Assembly: GCA_016839705.1 (NCBI GenBank)
Contig: JAEOTR010000033.1
Coordinates: forward strand, 1-46,606
Direction: 5' to 3'
Length of the DNA stretch: 46,606 nt
From: Promethearchaeota archaeon
GTDB taxonomy: Archaea; Asgardarchaeota; Lokiarchaeia; Sigyniarchaeales; SOKP01
Part shown: in pieces, positions 27,197-37,165 of the stretch
How positions within the stretch are numbered: position 1 is the stretch's first letter
Layout: every line of letters begins with the position of its first letter
The notes under the pieces: model-generated
Told to the model about the DNA's origin: nothing
Databases searched by the model: none
Seen by the model: only the letters and a program-made list of their open reading frames with translations
Made by a program: the position numbers and the translations under genes

Positions 27197-27307
27197 TTCA
27201 ATACACCTTCAGATCTTGCTATAATTAGTTATTTTTAAGGTAATTTTTACTGTTAATTTTCTTAGTTAAAAAAACTTTATGAAGAAAAATTTGTACGTTC
27301 TTAATTA

Positions 27308-28168
27308 TTAGGTATTTTTCTTTGGAATGCATGAAGAACAAGAAACTGACACTTGGCATAATCCACAGCCATATATATCAATCCCATAATTTTTTTTTAT
27401 GTAGGGGACGGTACTACCAACATGTAAAGAACATTTCTGCTTGTCATGACGGAGTTCAAATGAAATCGCACTAACTGGACATCTTTTAACGCAATCACCG
27501 CATTCCGTGCAAAACTCATATGGATCAGTTGGTCTTTTACTAGCATCAGAAGGTAATTTATAATCAACAATTATACTCCCACATCTCATCGCCTTACCCC
27601 GTGCATTGATAAAACCATCTGATAATCCAAATGAACCTAATCCAGAGGCAAATAACATATGTCTATGAGACCAAGTTGAAGCCCAAACTCCATTTTCATG
27701 TACTTTCAACACTTTGTATAAATACCTTTCGGTCATTGGAGCAACCGCATTTATCCCTTCATTCTTTAATTCCTGAACGAGAAATTTTTGTAATTTCTGA
27801 TTTGCTTGCTCCCCATAAAGTCTAGTGTGAGCCCATCTTTCAGATGGCATGGATTTAGAATATTCATAATTCTCTTTTTTTGTCTTTTCATTTATCGGGA
27901 GTACAAACCCAACAATTGATAAATCTTCTAGTGTCGAATTTAAATTATTTATCTCACAGAATTTACAAAAAGCCTCCTTTGGGGTTAGATGAAATTGCCC
28001 TATTATTTCTTTATACTCATCAAAAATGGGATCTTTTCCGGAAGAAAATCCCACAACTGTTTTTGGTTCAAAAATAAAGGAACTATCTACCCCTACCATC
28101 TTATTACTTACATCATTTCTTAGGAAATCATTAATTTTTCGAGTAAACCAATCTTTATCTATAACCAT
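27308..28168 (-). CDS. Epoxyqueuosine reductase (QueG)/reductive dehalogenase-like 2x[4Fe-4S] protein
   Basis: Motifs WSHRH...SGLGSFG, RCGSII, CTECGDCVKRCP, C...CGLCQ. Confidence 0.8.
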   Translation of the reverse strand: MVIDKDWFTRKINDFLRNDVSNKMVGVDSSFIFEPKTVVGFSSGKDPIFDEYKEIIGQFHLTPKEAFCKFCEINNLNSTLEDLSIVGFVLPINEKTKKENYEYSKSMPSERWAHTRLYGEQANQKLQKFLVQELKNEGINAVAPMTERYLYKVLKVHENGVWASTWSHRHMLFASGLGSFGLSDGFINARGKAMRCGSIIVDYKLPSDASKRPTDPYEFCTECGDCVKRCPVSAISFELRHDKQKCSLHVGSTVPYIKKNYGIDIYGCGLCQVSVSCSSCIPKKNT

Positions 28169-28219
28169 ATTAATGAAAAGAAAACATCGTTTTAAAATTC
28201 TAAAATTTTTAAAGTCTTA

Positions 28220-29191
28220 ATGTTTCTACTATATACCTTGAACATAAACACTAAGAAAGGACTTCTTTTTGGAGGATTGGGTGTAATTCTAGTGGGATTT
28301 CAGCCCATTATAGCAAATGCGAGACCACAATCTCTTGACGCCTTTATATTCGCTGCAATGACTTGTTTAGTTGAGGCAATCATGTTTTTTCCCCTGATGA
28401 TGATGGAGATAAAAAGAAATAAATCCAGTATAACTAATAACGGAAAAATGTCTAAAACTACTGTATGGCAAAATTGGAAAAAAAACATATGGCTCCTAAT
28501 TATAATTGGAATTATCTTTGGACTAAATCAGCTTCTATTTTTTATCGGATATAATTTAGCAGGTGCTATAAATGGTTCCTTAACCCAAAAGACCTCTGTA
28601 TTTTTTGGATTGGTATTCGGAGTTTTAATATTAAAGGAGAAAATTACGAAAACACAAGTCGTTTTTTCAATCCTCTTGTTCTTTGGTTTATTTTTAGCTA
28701 TAACACAAGGTTCTTTTACTACAGTTTATAACGTTGATGTTATATTCGGAGTTCTCATTTTACTCTTTATAACGTTCTTATGGATGTTAGGGCATACTTT
28801 AACAAAATCGATGTTTGATCGAAATGAAATGACACCAACTCAGATGGTATTTGTTAGGAATATTATGTCAGGCATAATTTTAATTATAATTTATTTTATT
28901 GTTTTTCCGATTGATAAATTAGCTTTATTCAATGATCCTGTTAATATATTTTTCTTTATTGCTATGGGTGTAGTATATGGATCAGGATTGTTTTGTTGGT
29001 ATAAAACTCTTTCATATTTAGATGTATCAAAAGCAACTATAGTAATCGCACCAACGCCCATCGTCACTTCAATTTTTGCGAGTTTTATTCTTGGAGAAAT
29101 ATTTACAGTTTTTCATCTAATCGGGACATTCCTTGTAATTATATCAATTATTGTGATTGTTAAACAAAAAGAAATCCTGAAAGACAAATAA
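28220..29191 (+). CDS. DMT/EamA family transporter
   Basis: About 10 TM segments in two repeats, with ILKEKIT and FILGEIF motifs. Confidence 0.9.
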   Translation: MFLLYTLNINTKKGLLFGGLGVILVGFQPIIANARPQSLDAFIFAAMTCLVEAIMFFPLMMMEIKRNKSSITNNGKMSKTTVWQNWKKNIWLLIIIGIIFGLNQLLFFIGYNLAGAINGSLTQKTSVFFGLVFGVLILKEKITKTQVVFSILLFFGLFLAITQGSFTTVYNVDVIFGVLILLFITFLWMLGHTLTKSMFDRNEMTPTQMVFVRNIMSGIILIIIYFIVFPIDKLALFNDPVNIFFFIAMGVVYGSGLFCWYKTLSYLDVSKATIVIAPTPIVTSIFASFILGEIFTVFHLIGTFLVIISIIVIVKQKEILKDK

Positions 29192-29396
29192 TTGTCTTAG
29201 GTTTAGGGCAACTTAGTATTTCAAAAAATATATATATCTATATATACCGATAAAACGCTAATTTTTCATAGATAAGATTATTGTCCTTATTGTTTATCAA
29301 GCATTCAAAACATTTAAATATAATATTATATGAGATTATATAAGAAAATATATGAAGATAAATTATAAGATTATTAACAAATTTTAATATATTAAC

Positions 29397-30191
29397 ATGT
29401 CTGATAATAAAATTGTAGAAGTTATTGGTTTAAAGAAATTTTTTGGGGATGTAAAAGCGGTAAATGGGATTTCATTTGACATCAATAAAGGAGAAGTTTT
29501 TGGATTATTAGGACCAAATGGTGCAGGGAAAACAACCACCATCAAACTTCTTCTAGGGTTACTTGAACCCAATGAAGGAGAGATGAGCGTATTTGGATTA
29601 AATCCTGAACGAAATGAAGTTGAAATTAAACACCGCATTGGTTATGTGTCTGAAGAGCCCTTAATTTTTAAATCTTTAACACCAAAAGACTTATTTAATT
29701 TCATTGCATCAATTCGAAATTTAGATGAGGAACGAACTACAAATCTCGCAAAAGAATATTTAGAAAACTTAGAGGCAATTGAATATTATGAACAACTAAT
29801 TGCTACTCTATCTCATGGAAATAAACAGAAATTACAAATTATCGCTGCTATTCTTCATGATCCTGATTTGCTTATTTTGGATGAACCCATCGCGGGGCTC
29901 GATGCTAAATCTGTAAGAGTTGTTAAAACTATTTTAGAACTCCATACTCAGCGAGGAGGTTCAGTACTTTTTTCTACGCATATTATGGAAATTGCACAAG
30001 AACTATGTGATCGCATTGGGATAATAAATAAAGGCAAAATTGTAGGAATAGGCACAATTGAGGAACTTCGCCTACAAGCCGATAAAGTTGGGGCAAGTTT
30101 AGAGGATGTATTTTTAAGATTAACTGAACAAGATACATCCGTTAATGAAATTATAGCAAAATTAAGAGCTTCTTTTAAAATGAAAAATTAA
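29397..30191 (+). CDS. ABC transporter ATP-binding protein
   Basis: Motifs GPNGAGKT, LSHGNKQK, LILDEP, FSTH. Confidence 0.96.
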   Translation: MSDNKIVEVIGLKKFFGDVKAVNGISFDINKGEVFGLLGPNGAGKTTTIKLLLGLLEPNEGEMSVFGLNPERNEVEIKHRIGYVSEEPLIFKSLTPKDLFNFIASIRNLDEERTTNLAKEYLENLEAIEYYEQLIATLSHGNKQKLQIIAAILHDPDLLILDEPIAGLDAKSVRVVKTILELHTQRGGSVLFSTHIMEIAQELCDRIGIINKGKIVGIGTIEELRLQADKVGASLEDVFLRLTEQDTSVNEIIAKLRASFKMKN

Positions 30192-32800
30192 TGGTGTTGA
30201 TGAGTATGAAAGAAAAAAAAAAAAGATCTTTCTATTCTTTAGCCAAATATCCTACTCACGAGATTTTAATGGAGAGCCAGATGGCTAGTGCAGGAGCACA
30301 TCAGGCAAAATTTGTTGAAAAACTAAAAAAGAATAAAAATTACATTAAAAATCAATCTCGAGCACTTAAATCTGTTTTTTCATTTCTTTTTCTTTTTTTA
30401 CCTCTATTACCGTTAGTTACCTACTTCCAGATTGCAGATAATTTAGGTGCGTATTCTATAAGTACAATTTTCTTCGTATCTTCTTTTCTATTTATGATAT
30501 TTTTAGGGATGGAACTCATGTATTTGCTTATGTTTGGAATGATCTCAACTGGATCTTTAATGTCAGGGAATGCTTTCAAGTGGTTGCAAACGCTTCCTTT
30601 TTCAAAAAAGAGTTTAAAAAAAATAGGTATAATGACAATTTTTCGCAATTTAGATATTCCCTTAATTATTTTAATATTGGGATTTCCTATAGTTATGCTT
30701 ATCGCAACTCAAGACATTATTATGTTTTTTATTTGTTTGTTAGCATCTATTGTGAACGTGATCTTCAGTTTTAGTATTCTGGTAATAATTGGGGAGAAAA
30801 TGAGTATTCTTTTTTCAGAATCGAAATCAAAATCAAAAAATGCGAATATAATTAGAACTGTAACGATGATAGGCTATTTTATCATCATGTTTGGTACTAG
30901 TTTTATATTCAGTTGGGGTATTAGTAGTGTCGAAAATATGTTTGTAGTTTTTAGTACTAATGAACCATCTTTCATTTTGATTATTATTCTAAGCCTAATT
31001 CCTTTTCTATTTGCCCCAGCATTCCTTGTGTCATTATATACTCTTCAATTTCAGATACATCCTATTTTAGTACTTACTACAATAACAGGGTTCGCATTAA
31101 GCATTGTATTAACGTGGGTAATGTTTACGATTGCCAAACGGGCTTTACATAGTGCAATTTCAACAGAAGTTAAAACAGAAAAGGTAGAAAAAAGAGAGAT
31201 TCAATTTGAAATAAAACAAACCTCACCAATTAAAGCATATATCCGAAAAGATCTAGTTTCTTCGACAAGAGATATTCAGTCTTTTATGTTTATATTCTTC
31301 CCTATTTTTTATCCATTGATAATGATTTTAACAATGTCGGGATTTTTCAATGAGATAACCATTTCAACTGAAACAATATTGTTTATTTGGTCTATTATAC
31401 TAATGGTGTATCTTTTCCTCCCAATAATGCTAATAGTAGGATTCCTAAATATGGACGAATCAGGTAGTTCAACTTTAGCTTCATTACCCCTTCTTCCACG
31501 GGATCAAGCAAAAGCAAAAATAATATTGATGTTGTCACTTCAAGGGATATCACTCATTATAACTTCAATAGTCCTTACTTTACTAACACAATCGATATTA
31601 GTGATTGTACTACTTCTAATAACTCTCCCGATAGCATGGATGTTGTTATTATTTATGTTTGTATTAAAAATCAAGTTCTTCGGACAAATGAAATACAAGT
31701 ACATTATTGAAGAATTACATAAGGAAAATAAGATTTTAAAATGGATCGCAATGATCTTAGCTGATGCTGGACTTTTTATGACAATTTTAATAACTGGAAA
31801 TATTTTGATATTTTTATTTGGTATTACTATAGGGTTATTAGTTTTGGGCGTAATCGGTATTCTTGGATTAGCACTGATGGTCTTTATTTTCAATAGGATG
31901 TTTCCTAAAGTCGAAAAGATGGCGGTTTATAAAACTGGGGGTTTTTTAAGAGAACATGTAAACGTAAGCACTTTAGTAATATTGATTTTATCATTTCTTA
32001 TTTTGTACTTACCAGCAATTATCGAGCTCTCTTTTCTTTCTGTTTTAATACAACAACCGTTCATAGTATATCTATTTATTGACTTCTTCTTGTTAATGGG
32101 TTCTTTAGCTCTTTTATACTTAATAATTATTCCTTTTGGGTTAAAACTTCCAAATGGTAAGGAATCTTTTAAACAATTTTCCACAACAATTGGACTTAAA
32201 CCATTTAGACCATTTTGGCGGAAACTTCTCATTGGAATTAGTGTTTTTCTAATATATGGCTTTATCAGCCTAATAATGGGCCTGTTACTTGGAAGCTATA
32301 ATTTTCAAGACAATATTAATGTTTTATTTAGTCCACCTAATCCATTGGTACCTGGTTTTTTAGCTATGGGATGGTTTAGAATAATCTATATGCTTAGACC
32401 GGGGATATGGGAAGAAGTAGCCTTTAGAGGTATTATTTTAAATATGCAAAAAAAGAGATATACTCAGACTACGGTGGTACTATTAAATGGGATAATTTTT
32501 GGTCTTTTCCATTATACTAATTTATTATCTTTTCCAGATCTTTTCTCCGTATCGCTACAGGTGTTTTTTGCGAGTTGTTTAGGAATCATGTTCTCTTATA
32601 TGTATTTCAAGACTAAAAGTATAATTCCTTGTATCATTCTTCATTTCCTAATAAATGCTTTCGGGATTCTATTTTATCCTACTTCTATTAGTCTGATAAA
32701 TTCAGTTTTATATCAAATAATAGGAATTAGTATTCTACCAATGATTTTTATAATGCTTTTTTTAAGAATTCTAATGAAGAATAATAGAAAGAATTCCTAA
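30191..32800 (+). CDS. Putative ABC exporter permease fused to a CPBP (Abi/CAAX-type) intramembrane metalloprotease
   Basis: Multi-TM N-terminal ~570 aa with permease-like motifs (WLQTLPF, IRKDL...RD, LASLP). C-terminal PGIWEEVAFRG, FGLFH, ILHFLIN. TAATG coupling to the ATPase gene; start may be a few codons later. Confidence 0.85.
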   Translation: MVLMSMKEKKKRSFYSLAKYPTHEILMESQMASAGAHQAKFVEKLKKNKNYIKNQSRALKSVFSFLFLFLPLLPLVTYFQIADNLGAYSISTIFFVSSFLFMIFLGMELMYLLMFGMISTGSLMSGNAFKWLQTLPFSKKSLKKIGIMTIFRNLDIPLIILILGFPIVMLIATQDIIMFFICLLASIVNVIFSFSILVIIGEKMSILFSESKSKSKNANIIRTVTMIGYFIIMFGTSFIFSWGISSVENMFVVFSTNEPSFILIIILSLIPFLFAPAFLVSLYTLQFQIHPILVLTTITGFALSIVLTWVMFTIAKRALHSAISTEVKTEKVEKREIQFEIKQTSPIKAYIRKDLVSSTRDIQSFMFIFFPIFYPLIMILTMSGFFNEITISTETILFIWSIILMVYLFLPIMLIVGFLNMDESGSSTLASLPLLPRDQAKAKIILMLSLQGISLIITSIVLTLLTQSILVIVLLLITLPIAWMLLLFMFVLKIKFFGQMKYKYIIEELHKENKILKWIAMILADAGLFMTILITGNILIFLFGITIGLLVLGVIGILGLALMVFIFNRMFPKVEKMAVYKTGGFLREHVNVSTLVILILSFLILYLPAIIELSFLSVLIQQPFIVYLFIDFFLLMGSLALLYLIIIPFGLKLPNGKESFKQFSTTIGLKPFRPFWRKLLIGISVFLIYGFISLIMGLLLGSYNFQDNINVLFSPPNPLVPGFLAMGWFRIIYMLRPGIWEEVAFRGIILNMQKKRYTQTTVVLLNGIIFGLFHYTNLLSFPDLFSVSLQVFFASCLGIMFSYMYFKTKSIIPCIILHFLINAFGILFYPTSISLINSVLYQIIGISILPMIFIMLFLRILMKNNRKNS

Positions 32801-32905
32801 TTCAATTTTTTTTTACTTATCTGTTAAGGAACTACCATTTATACAATATTTATAAGGATTTAAACTAAGCTTTATTAATAGACACAAGCATAGTTTATTT
32901 TTATA

Positions 32906-34546
32906 ATGAAAGAGGTTAAATCTAGCGTGAAAAGATTTTTAATCAAAAATGGTAAAATTATTGATGGAACGGGAAATCCATGGTTTAAGGCGGATATCCT
33001 GATTGACAATGGTAAGATTGCTGAAATTGCTCCAAGAATCGGAAATTCTAATGTTGAGGAAGTTTTAGACGTTTCGGGGCTCATTGTTACCCCTGGATTT
33101 ATAGATATCCATACTCACTCGGATTACAATATACTTAAAAGCCGTGGTGAAAACGTACTTACGCAAGGTGTAACTACTCATGTTATAGGGAATTGTGGAT
33201 TTTCAATGACACCTATAAATACAGAACTCGCCGATGATGAAATTTATGATATGTTTAGATCAATGCTCTCCTTTGATGATAAATACGGATTTTATAATAA
33301 TTTAACGGAATATCTCGAGGATCTTAAACAAAAAGGAATTCCAATTAATATTGCCCCTTTAGTAGGGCACTCGATGATTAGGATTATAGTTTTAGGGGTA
33401 GATAACAGAGCTCCGAATATAAATGAGTTGGTAGAGATGAAAAAAATACTGAGAGATTCTATGGAACAGGGAGCATTTGGCATGTCTACTGGATTAGACT
33501 ACCCTCCGGGTTCCTTTGCAAAAACTGATGAAATTATCGAACTATGTAAGGTTGTTAGCGAATATAAAGGAATATATACTACTCATTTCAGAGGGTTTTC
33601 TAGCGGATTGGTAAGGGCTACAAAAGAAGCTGTAAAAATAGCACGTTCAGGGATATCTGTCGAAATATCGCATTTTAAACCATTCGGTTTTTGGCCGGGA
33701 AATATTAGGAAAGCATGTAAAATTGTTGAACGAGCTCGTGAGGAAGGGTTAGATGTAACTTTCGATGTATTTCCGCATGCATCAAATTATACCTTCTTAT
33801 TTGCGTTAATTCCACCTTGGGTTTACCTTTCAAATGATAGAGTAGACATACCGAGTGCGATAAATACTTTGATTAATTCAAATAGTGATGCAGAACTAAG
33901 AGATAAGATATTGAGAGAAATGAGCACGATTGCCGCTAGTTTTTTAGATATTAAAGAAGATAAAGATTGGGTAAAGGTGTTTATAAATGCCCCGAATAGT
34001 GAAGACTATAACGGTAAGCATGTTTATCAAATCTCAACAGAAAAGCAGAAGGATCCGAGAGAAGTTATTATTGATATTTTAATAAATCAAAATGGTGCTG
34101 TAAATGCTACCTATCTATCAATTACTGATGAGGATAATATTGTAACCATAATACATCCCCTCTCCATGATTGCGTCTGATGGCCTAATAATACCAGAAAA
34201 ATCTGATATATTCCCAAATCCTTATTGTTATGGTACTTTCACACAAGTGTTAGGTCAATATGTGCGTGAGAAAAAGTTACTTACGTTACATGAGGCTATA
34301 AGAAAAATGACATCGTTTCCAGCTCAAAAATTAGGCCTAAAAGATCGAGGCCTGCTTAAAGAGGGTTTTTGGGCAGATATTACTATATTTGATGCAGAAA
34401 AAATAAAGGATAAAGCTACATATGAAAATCCCAGACTTCATTCAGAAGGAGTCGAATATGTTTTTGTAAACGGAGTTCTTGCGTTGAATAAAGGAAAATT
34501 TACTAACTTAAAGTCAGGAAAACCCTTGAGAAGACAAAATTCTTGA
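32906..34546 (+). CDS. N-acyl-D-amino-acid deacylase (D-aminoacylase family amidohydrolase)
   Basis: Motifs IIDGTG.P, PGFIDIHTHSD, QGVTT..GNCG, STGL.YPPG, EISHFK, ASDG, AIRKMTS.PA. Confidence 0.92.
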   Translation: MKEVKSSVKRFLIKNGKIIDGTGNPWFKADILIDNGKIAEIAPRIGNSNVEEVLDVSGLIVTPGFIDIHTHSDYNILKSRGENVLTQGVTTHVIGNCGFSMTPINTELADDEIYDMFRSMLSFDDKYGFYNNLTEYLEDLKQKGIPINIAPLVGHSMIRIIVLGVDNRAPNINELVEMKKILRDSMEQGAFGMSTGLDYPPGSFAKTDEIIELCKVVSEYKGIYTTHFRGFSSGLVRATKEAVKIARSGISVEISHFKPFGFWPGNIRKACKIVERAREEGLDVTFDVFPHASNYTFLFALIPPWVYLSNDRVDIPSAINTLINSNSDAELRDKILREMSTIAASFLDIKEDKDWVKVFINAPNSEDYNGKHVYQISTEKQKDPREVIIDILINQNGAVNATYLSITDEDNIVTIIHPLSMIASDGLIIPEKSDIFPNPYCYGTFTQVLGQYVREKKLLTLHEAIRKMTSFPAQKLGLKDRGLLKEGFWADITIFDAEKIKDKATYENPRLHSEGVEYVFVNGVLALNKGKFTNLKSGKPLRRQNS

Positions 34547-34702
34547 TTAATATGAATTGACAAAAACAAATTCTGCAATAATTTGATATATAACCTTCCA
34601 AAACTCTATTTTTTAAGTTGATTGAATAGGCAAATTTAGTTAATATTTTTATGTAGGGGTTACGAATAATTGTATAAGGGAATTAACTAATTTTTTTTTA
34701 TT

Positions 34703-35551
34703 ATGTTGGAGACTTTTAAAGTACTTGAGATTACATGCCCTACTTGCGGAGAAATGAAAAATATAAATGTTCCAGAATCAATTTTTTCCCAAAAAAAGTA
34801 TGGCACAATAAAAATTCAAGTACCACTTAATGCCGTGTGTTCTAAGCACCAATTCATTGTATTTGTAGACACAAAAGGAATTGTTAGGGGTTATGAAAAA
34901 ATTGACATACATATAGCATCTTTAACACAAGAATTTGAGAAGGAGACTGAGAGAATATTAAACCTTAGGAACTTAATACAAATATTTGGCATTTATGGTA
35001 TTTTTAACTTAATTCATGCTAAGATATTTAATTATCCAATATACATTTTAAAAGACGAAAGTTTTGAACTTGATGAAGACACCTTAAATTCAGTAGGAGA
35101 TATAATATTACCAGAGAGCTTTGGGGGTAGTAAAACACTTCATTTACTTGATGGCTCTGATCTAAGTCATTTAAAGATAAAAGATAAAGACACTTTAATA
35201 ATGGACACACAACAACATATTTTTCAAACTCCATGGGACACAAAATTAAAGTTCGAAGAAGGAATTCTAAAAAGAGCTTTAGATATAATAGATGAGAAAG
35301 AACAATTGAAGTTACTTCAGCAGGATATTTCCAGGTTGATAAATGAAGCGAAATTTGCCATACATGTAATTGAAAGCGTTAAAGAAATATATGAAGATGA
35401 TTTAATCACCCAAATATCTAAAGAGTTTAAAGTGAAAAAGATTAATAATTATCGTTTGAATTTGATAAAAGAATTTATTAGAAGAAACATCTCAAAGAAG
35501 CTCGTTTTAAAAATAAAAAGTAGAGTGGAAGAATTCTTGAGCAATATCTAA
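34703..35551 (+). CDS. Hypothetical protein with N-terminal Zn-ribbon
   Basis: CPTCG...C.KHQFIVFVDTKGIVRGYEKID, followed by a helical C-terminus. Confidence 0.75.
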   Translation: MLETFKVLEITCPTCGEMKNINVPESIFSQKKYGTIKIQVPLNAVCSKHQFIVFVDTKGIVRGYEKIDIHIASLTQEFEKETERILNLRNLIQIFGIYGIFNLIHAKIFNYPIYILKDESFELDEDTLNSVGDIILPESFGGSKTLHLLDGSDLSHLKIKDKDTLIMDTQQHIFQTPWDTKLKFEEGILKRALDIIDEKEQLKLLQQDISRLINEAKFAIHVIESVKEIYEDDLITQISKEFKVKKINNYRLNLIKEFIRRNISKKLVLKIKSRVEEFLSNI

Positions 35552-35663
35552 TTACTATTTATGCTGTTTTTCAATCTCCACTATAGTAAAAGTAAAATAA
35601 AGATCCTAAATTAATTTACTAAGTTAGATAATATCAAAAATTAATATAAAAAAGTGAATTAAT

Positions 35664-36446
35664 TTGGATTATGGAATGCAAAATAGATTATCACGGATAA
35701 TAAAACCAAAATCTGGTCATTGTGTAATGCTTGCGATCGACCACGGGTATTTCGGCAATATACCAGGTCAATTGAAATGTTTTGGAGATTTAAATCCATT
35801 ATTTGAATATGCTGATGCATTAATGCTAACACGTGGGATGTTAAGAAGTTGTGTTGACCCAAATATTGATGTTCCTATAGTGCTTAGGGTATCCGCAGGA
35901 GCTAGCATGCTTAAAGAACTTTCAAATGAAGAGATCAATGTAACAATTGAAGATGCTATAAGATTGAATGTTTCAGCAATTACATGTTCGATTTTTGTTG
36001 GGGGGGAATATGAGAAACAAAGTTTGATGAATTTATCAAAACTTGTTAATTGGGGTCAGGAATACGGTATACCAACATTAGCGGTAACCGCAGTTGGTCG
36101 AGAAATGGTAAGAGACGATAGATATTTAGGTATGGCTAGTAGAATGGCAGCAGAAATGGGTTCTACATTTGTAAAGACGTATTATTGCGATAATTTTGAA
36201 AATGTCACAAGCATTTGCCCCGTACCAATCGTGATCGCAGGTGGAAAGAAAACTCCAGAAAAAGATGCTCTCCAAATGGCGAGAAATGCAATTGATAAAG
36301 GAGCAGTCGGAGTAGATATGGGTCGAAATATTTTCCAGTCTGATAAACCAATTGGCATGATAAAGGCGGTTAGATCAATTGTTCACGAGAATGCATCTGT
36401 TGATGATGCATTTGAGATTTATAAACAAGGCCCTATAGGACTATAA
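35664..36446 (+). CDS. lsrF: LsrF-family thiolase/class I aldolase (3-hydroxy-5-phosphonooxypentane-2,4-dione thiolase-like)
   Basis: Motifs MDYGMQNRLSRI, MLAIDHGYF, LAVTAVG, VKTYYC, CPVPIVIAGGKK, GVDMGRNIFQS. TTG start. Confidence 0.92.
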   Translation: MDYGMQNRLSRIIKPKSGHCVMLAIDHGYFGNIPGQLKCFGDLNPLFEYADALMLTRGMLRSCVDPNIDVPIVLRVSAGASMLKELSNEEINVTIEDAIRLNVSAITCSIFVGGEYEKQSLMNLSKLVNWGQEYGIPTLAVTAVGREMVRDDRYLGMASRMAAEMGSTFVKTYYCDNFENVTSICPVPIVIAGGKKTPEKDALQMARNAIDKGAVGVDMGRNIFQSDKPIGMIKAVRSIVHENASVDDAFEIYKQGPIGL

Positions 36447-36587
36447 ACTTATTTTTATTTTCTTTTTATTAATTCAGGATTCATTTGAATTTACTAATTT
36501 AAATTGTAGAGAATTCAATATTTCTTATATACAATGAAAAATAATTTATCAACATAAATCTAAATCTAAAAGAAAGTGAATTATAAA

Positions 36588-37001
36588 ATGGCTGAAGAAA
36601 TTTTAAAATTTACAAAACTTACTTTTATTATCCACTCTATCATCGGACTTATTTTTTCAATTCTGTTTTTTATACCAGATCTCACAGTTCCAATATTTTT
36701 GGGATCACCCTCAGCACTTACATTGGAAACCCATATGATGAGTTTAACTATTGGATCTCTGTTTTTAGGACTTACAGTGAGTTCGATTCTCGGCATCTTA
36801 GCTAAAGAGTGGAAGCAAGTAAAAATTGTCGTAATCTGCGAAATAGTTTGGCTAATTGCTGGTATAGTCACCACCATTATCAGCTTCGCTGTTTTTGAGA
36901 TAGGTATGGGTGTATTAACAGTTATAGTTGATATAATCATGATAGCTCTATTTTGTCTTACGTTTTTGCAGCAAGAAGATAAATTGAAACCGTTGTTTTA
37001 G
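36588..37001 (+). CDS. Hypothetical membrane protein (about 4 TM)
   Basis: Four hydrophobic helices; ATG at 36588. Confidence 0.75.
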   Translation: MAEEILKFTKLTFIIHSIIGLIFSILFFIPDLTVPIFLGSPSALTLETHMMSLTIGSLFLGLTVSSILGILAKEWKQVKIVVICEIVWLIAGIVTTIISFAVFEIGMGVLTVIVDIIMIALFCLTFLQQEDKLKPLF

Positions 37002-37165
37002 TGGAAAAAAATTGAAAATCTAATGATTTATATATTAAATCTTTTTTTTCTTATTATTTAGTAGGGATTGTTAAAAGGACAACTATAACTTTCCATTTGT
37101 TAAAATCAACTTATTAAAGTTTCAATTATTTTGTAAAGCATTATTTATCACTAATAATTTCTTCG

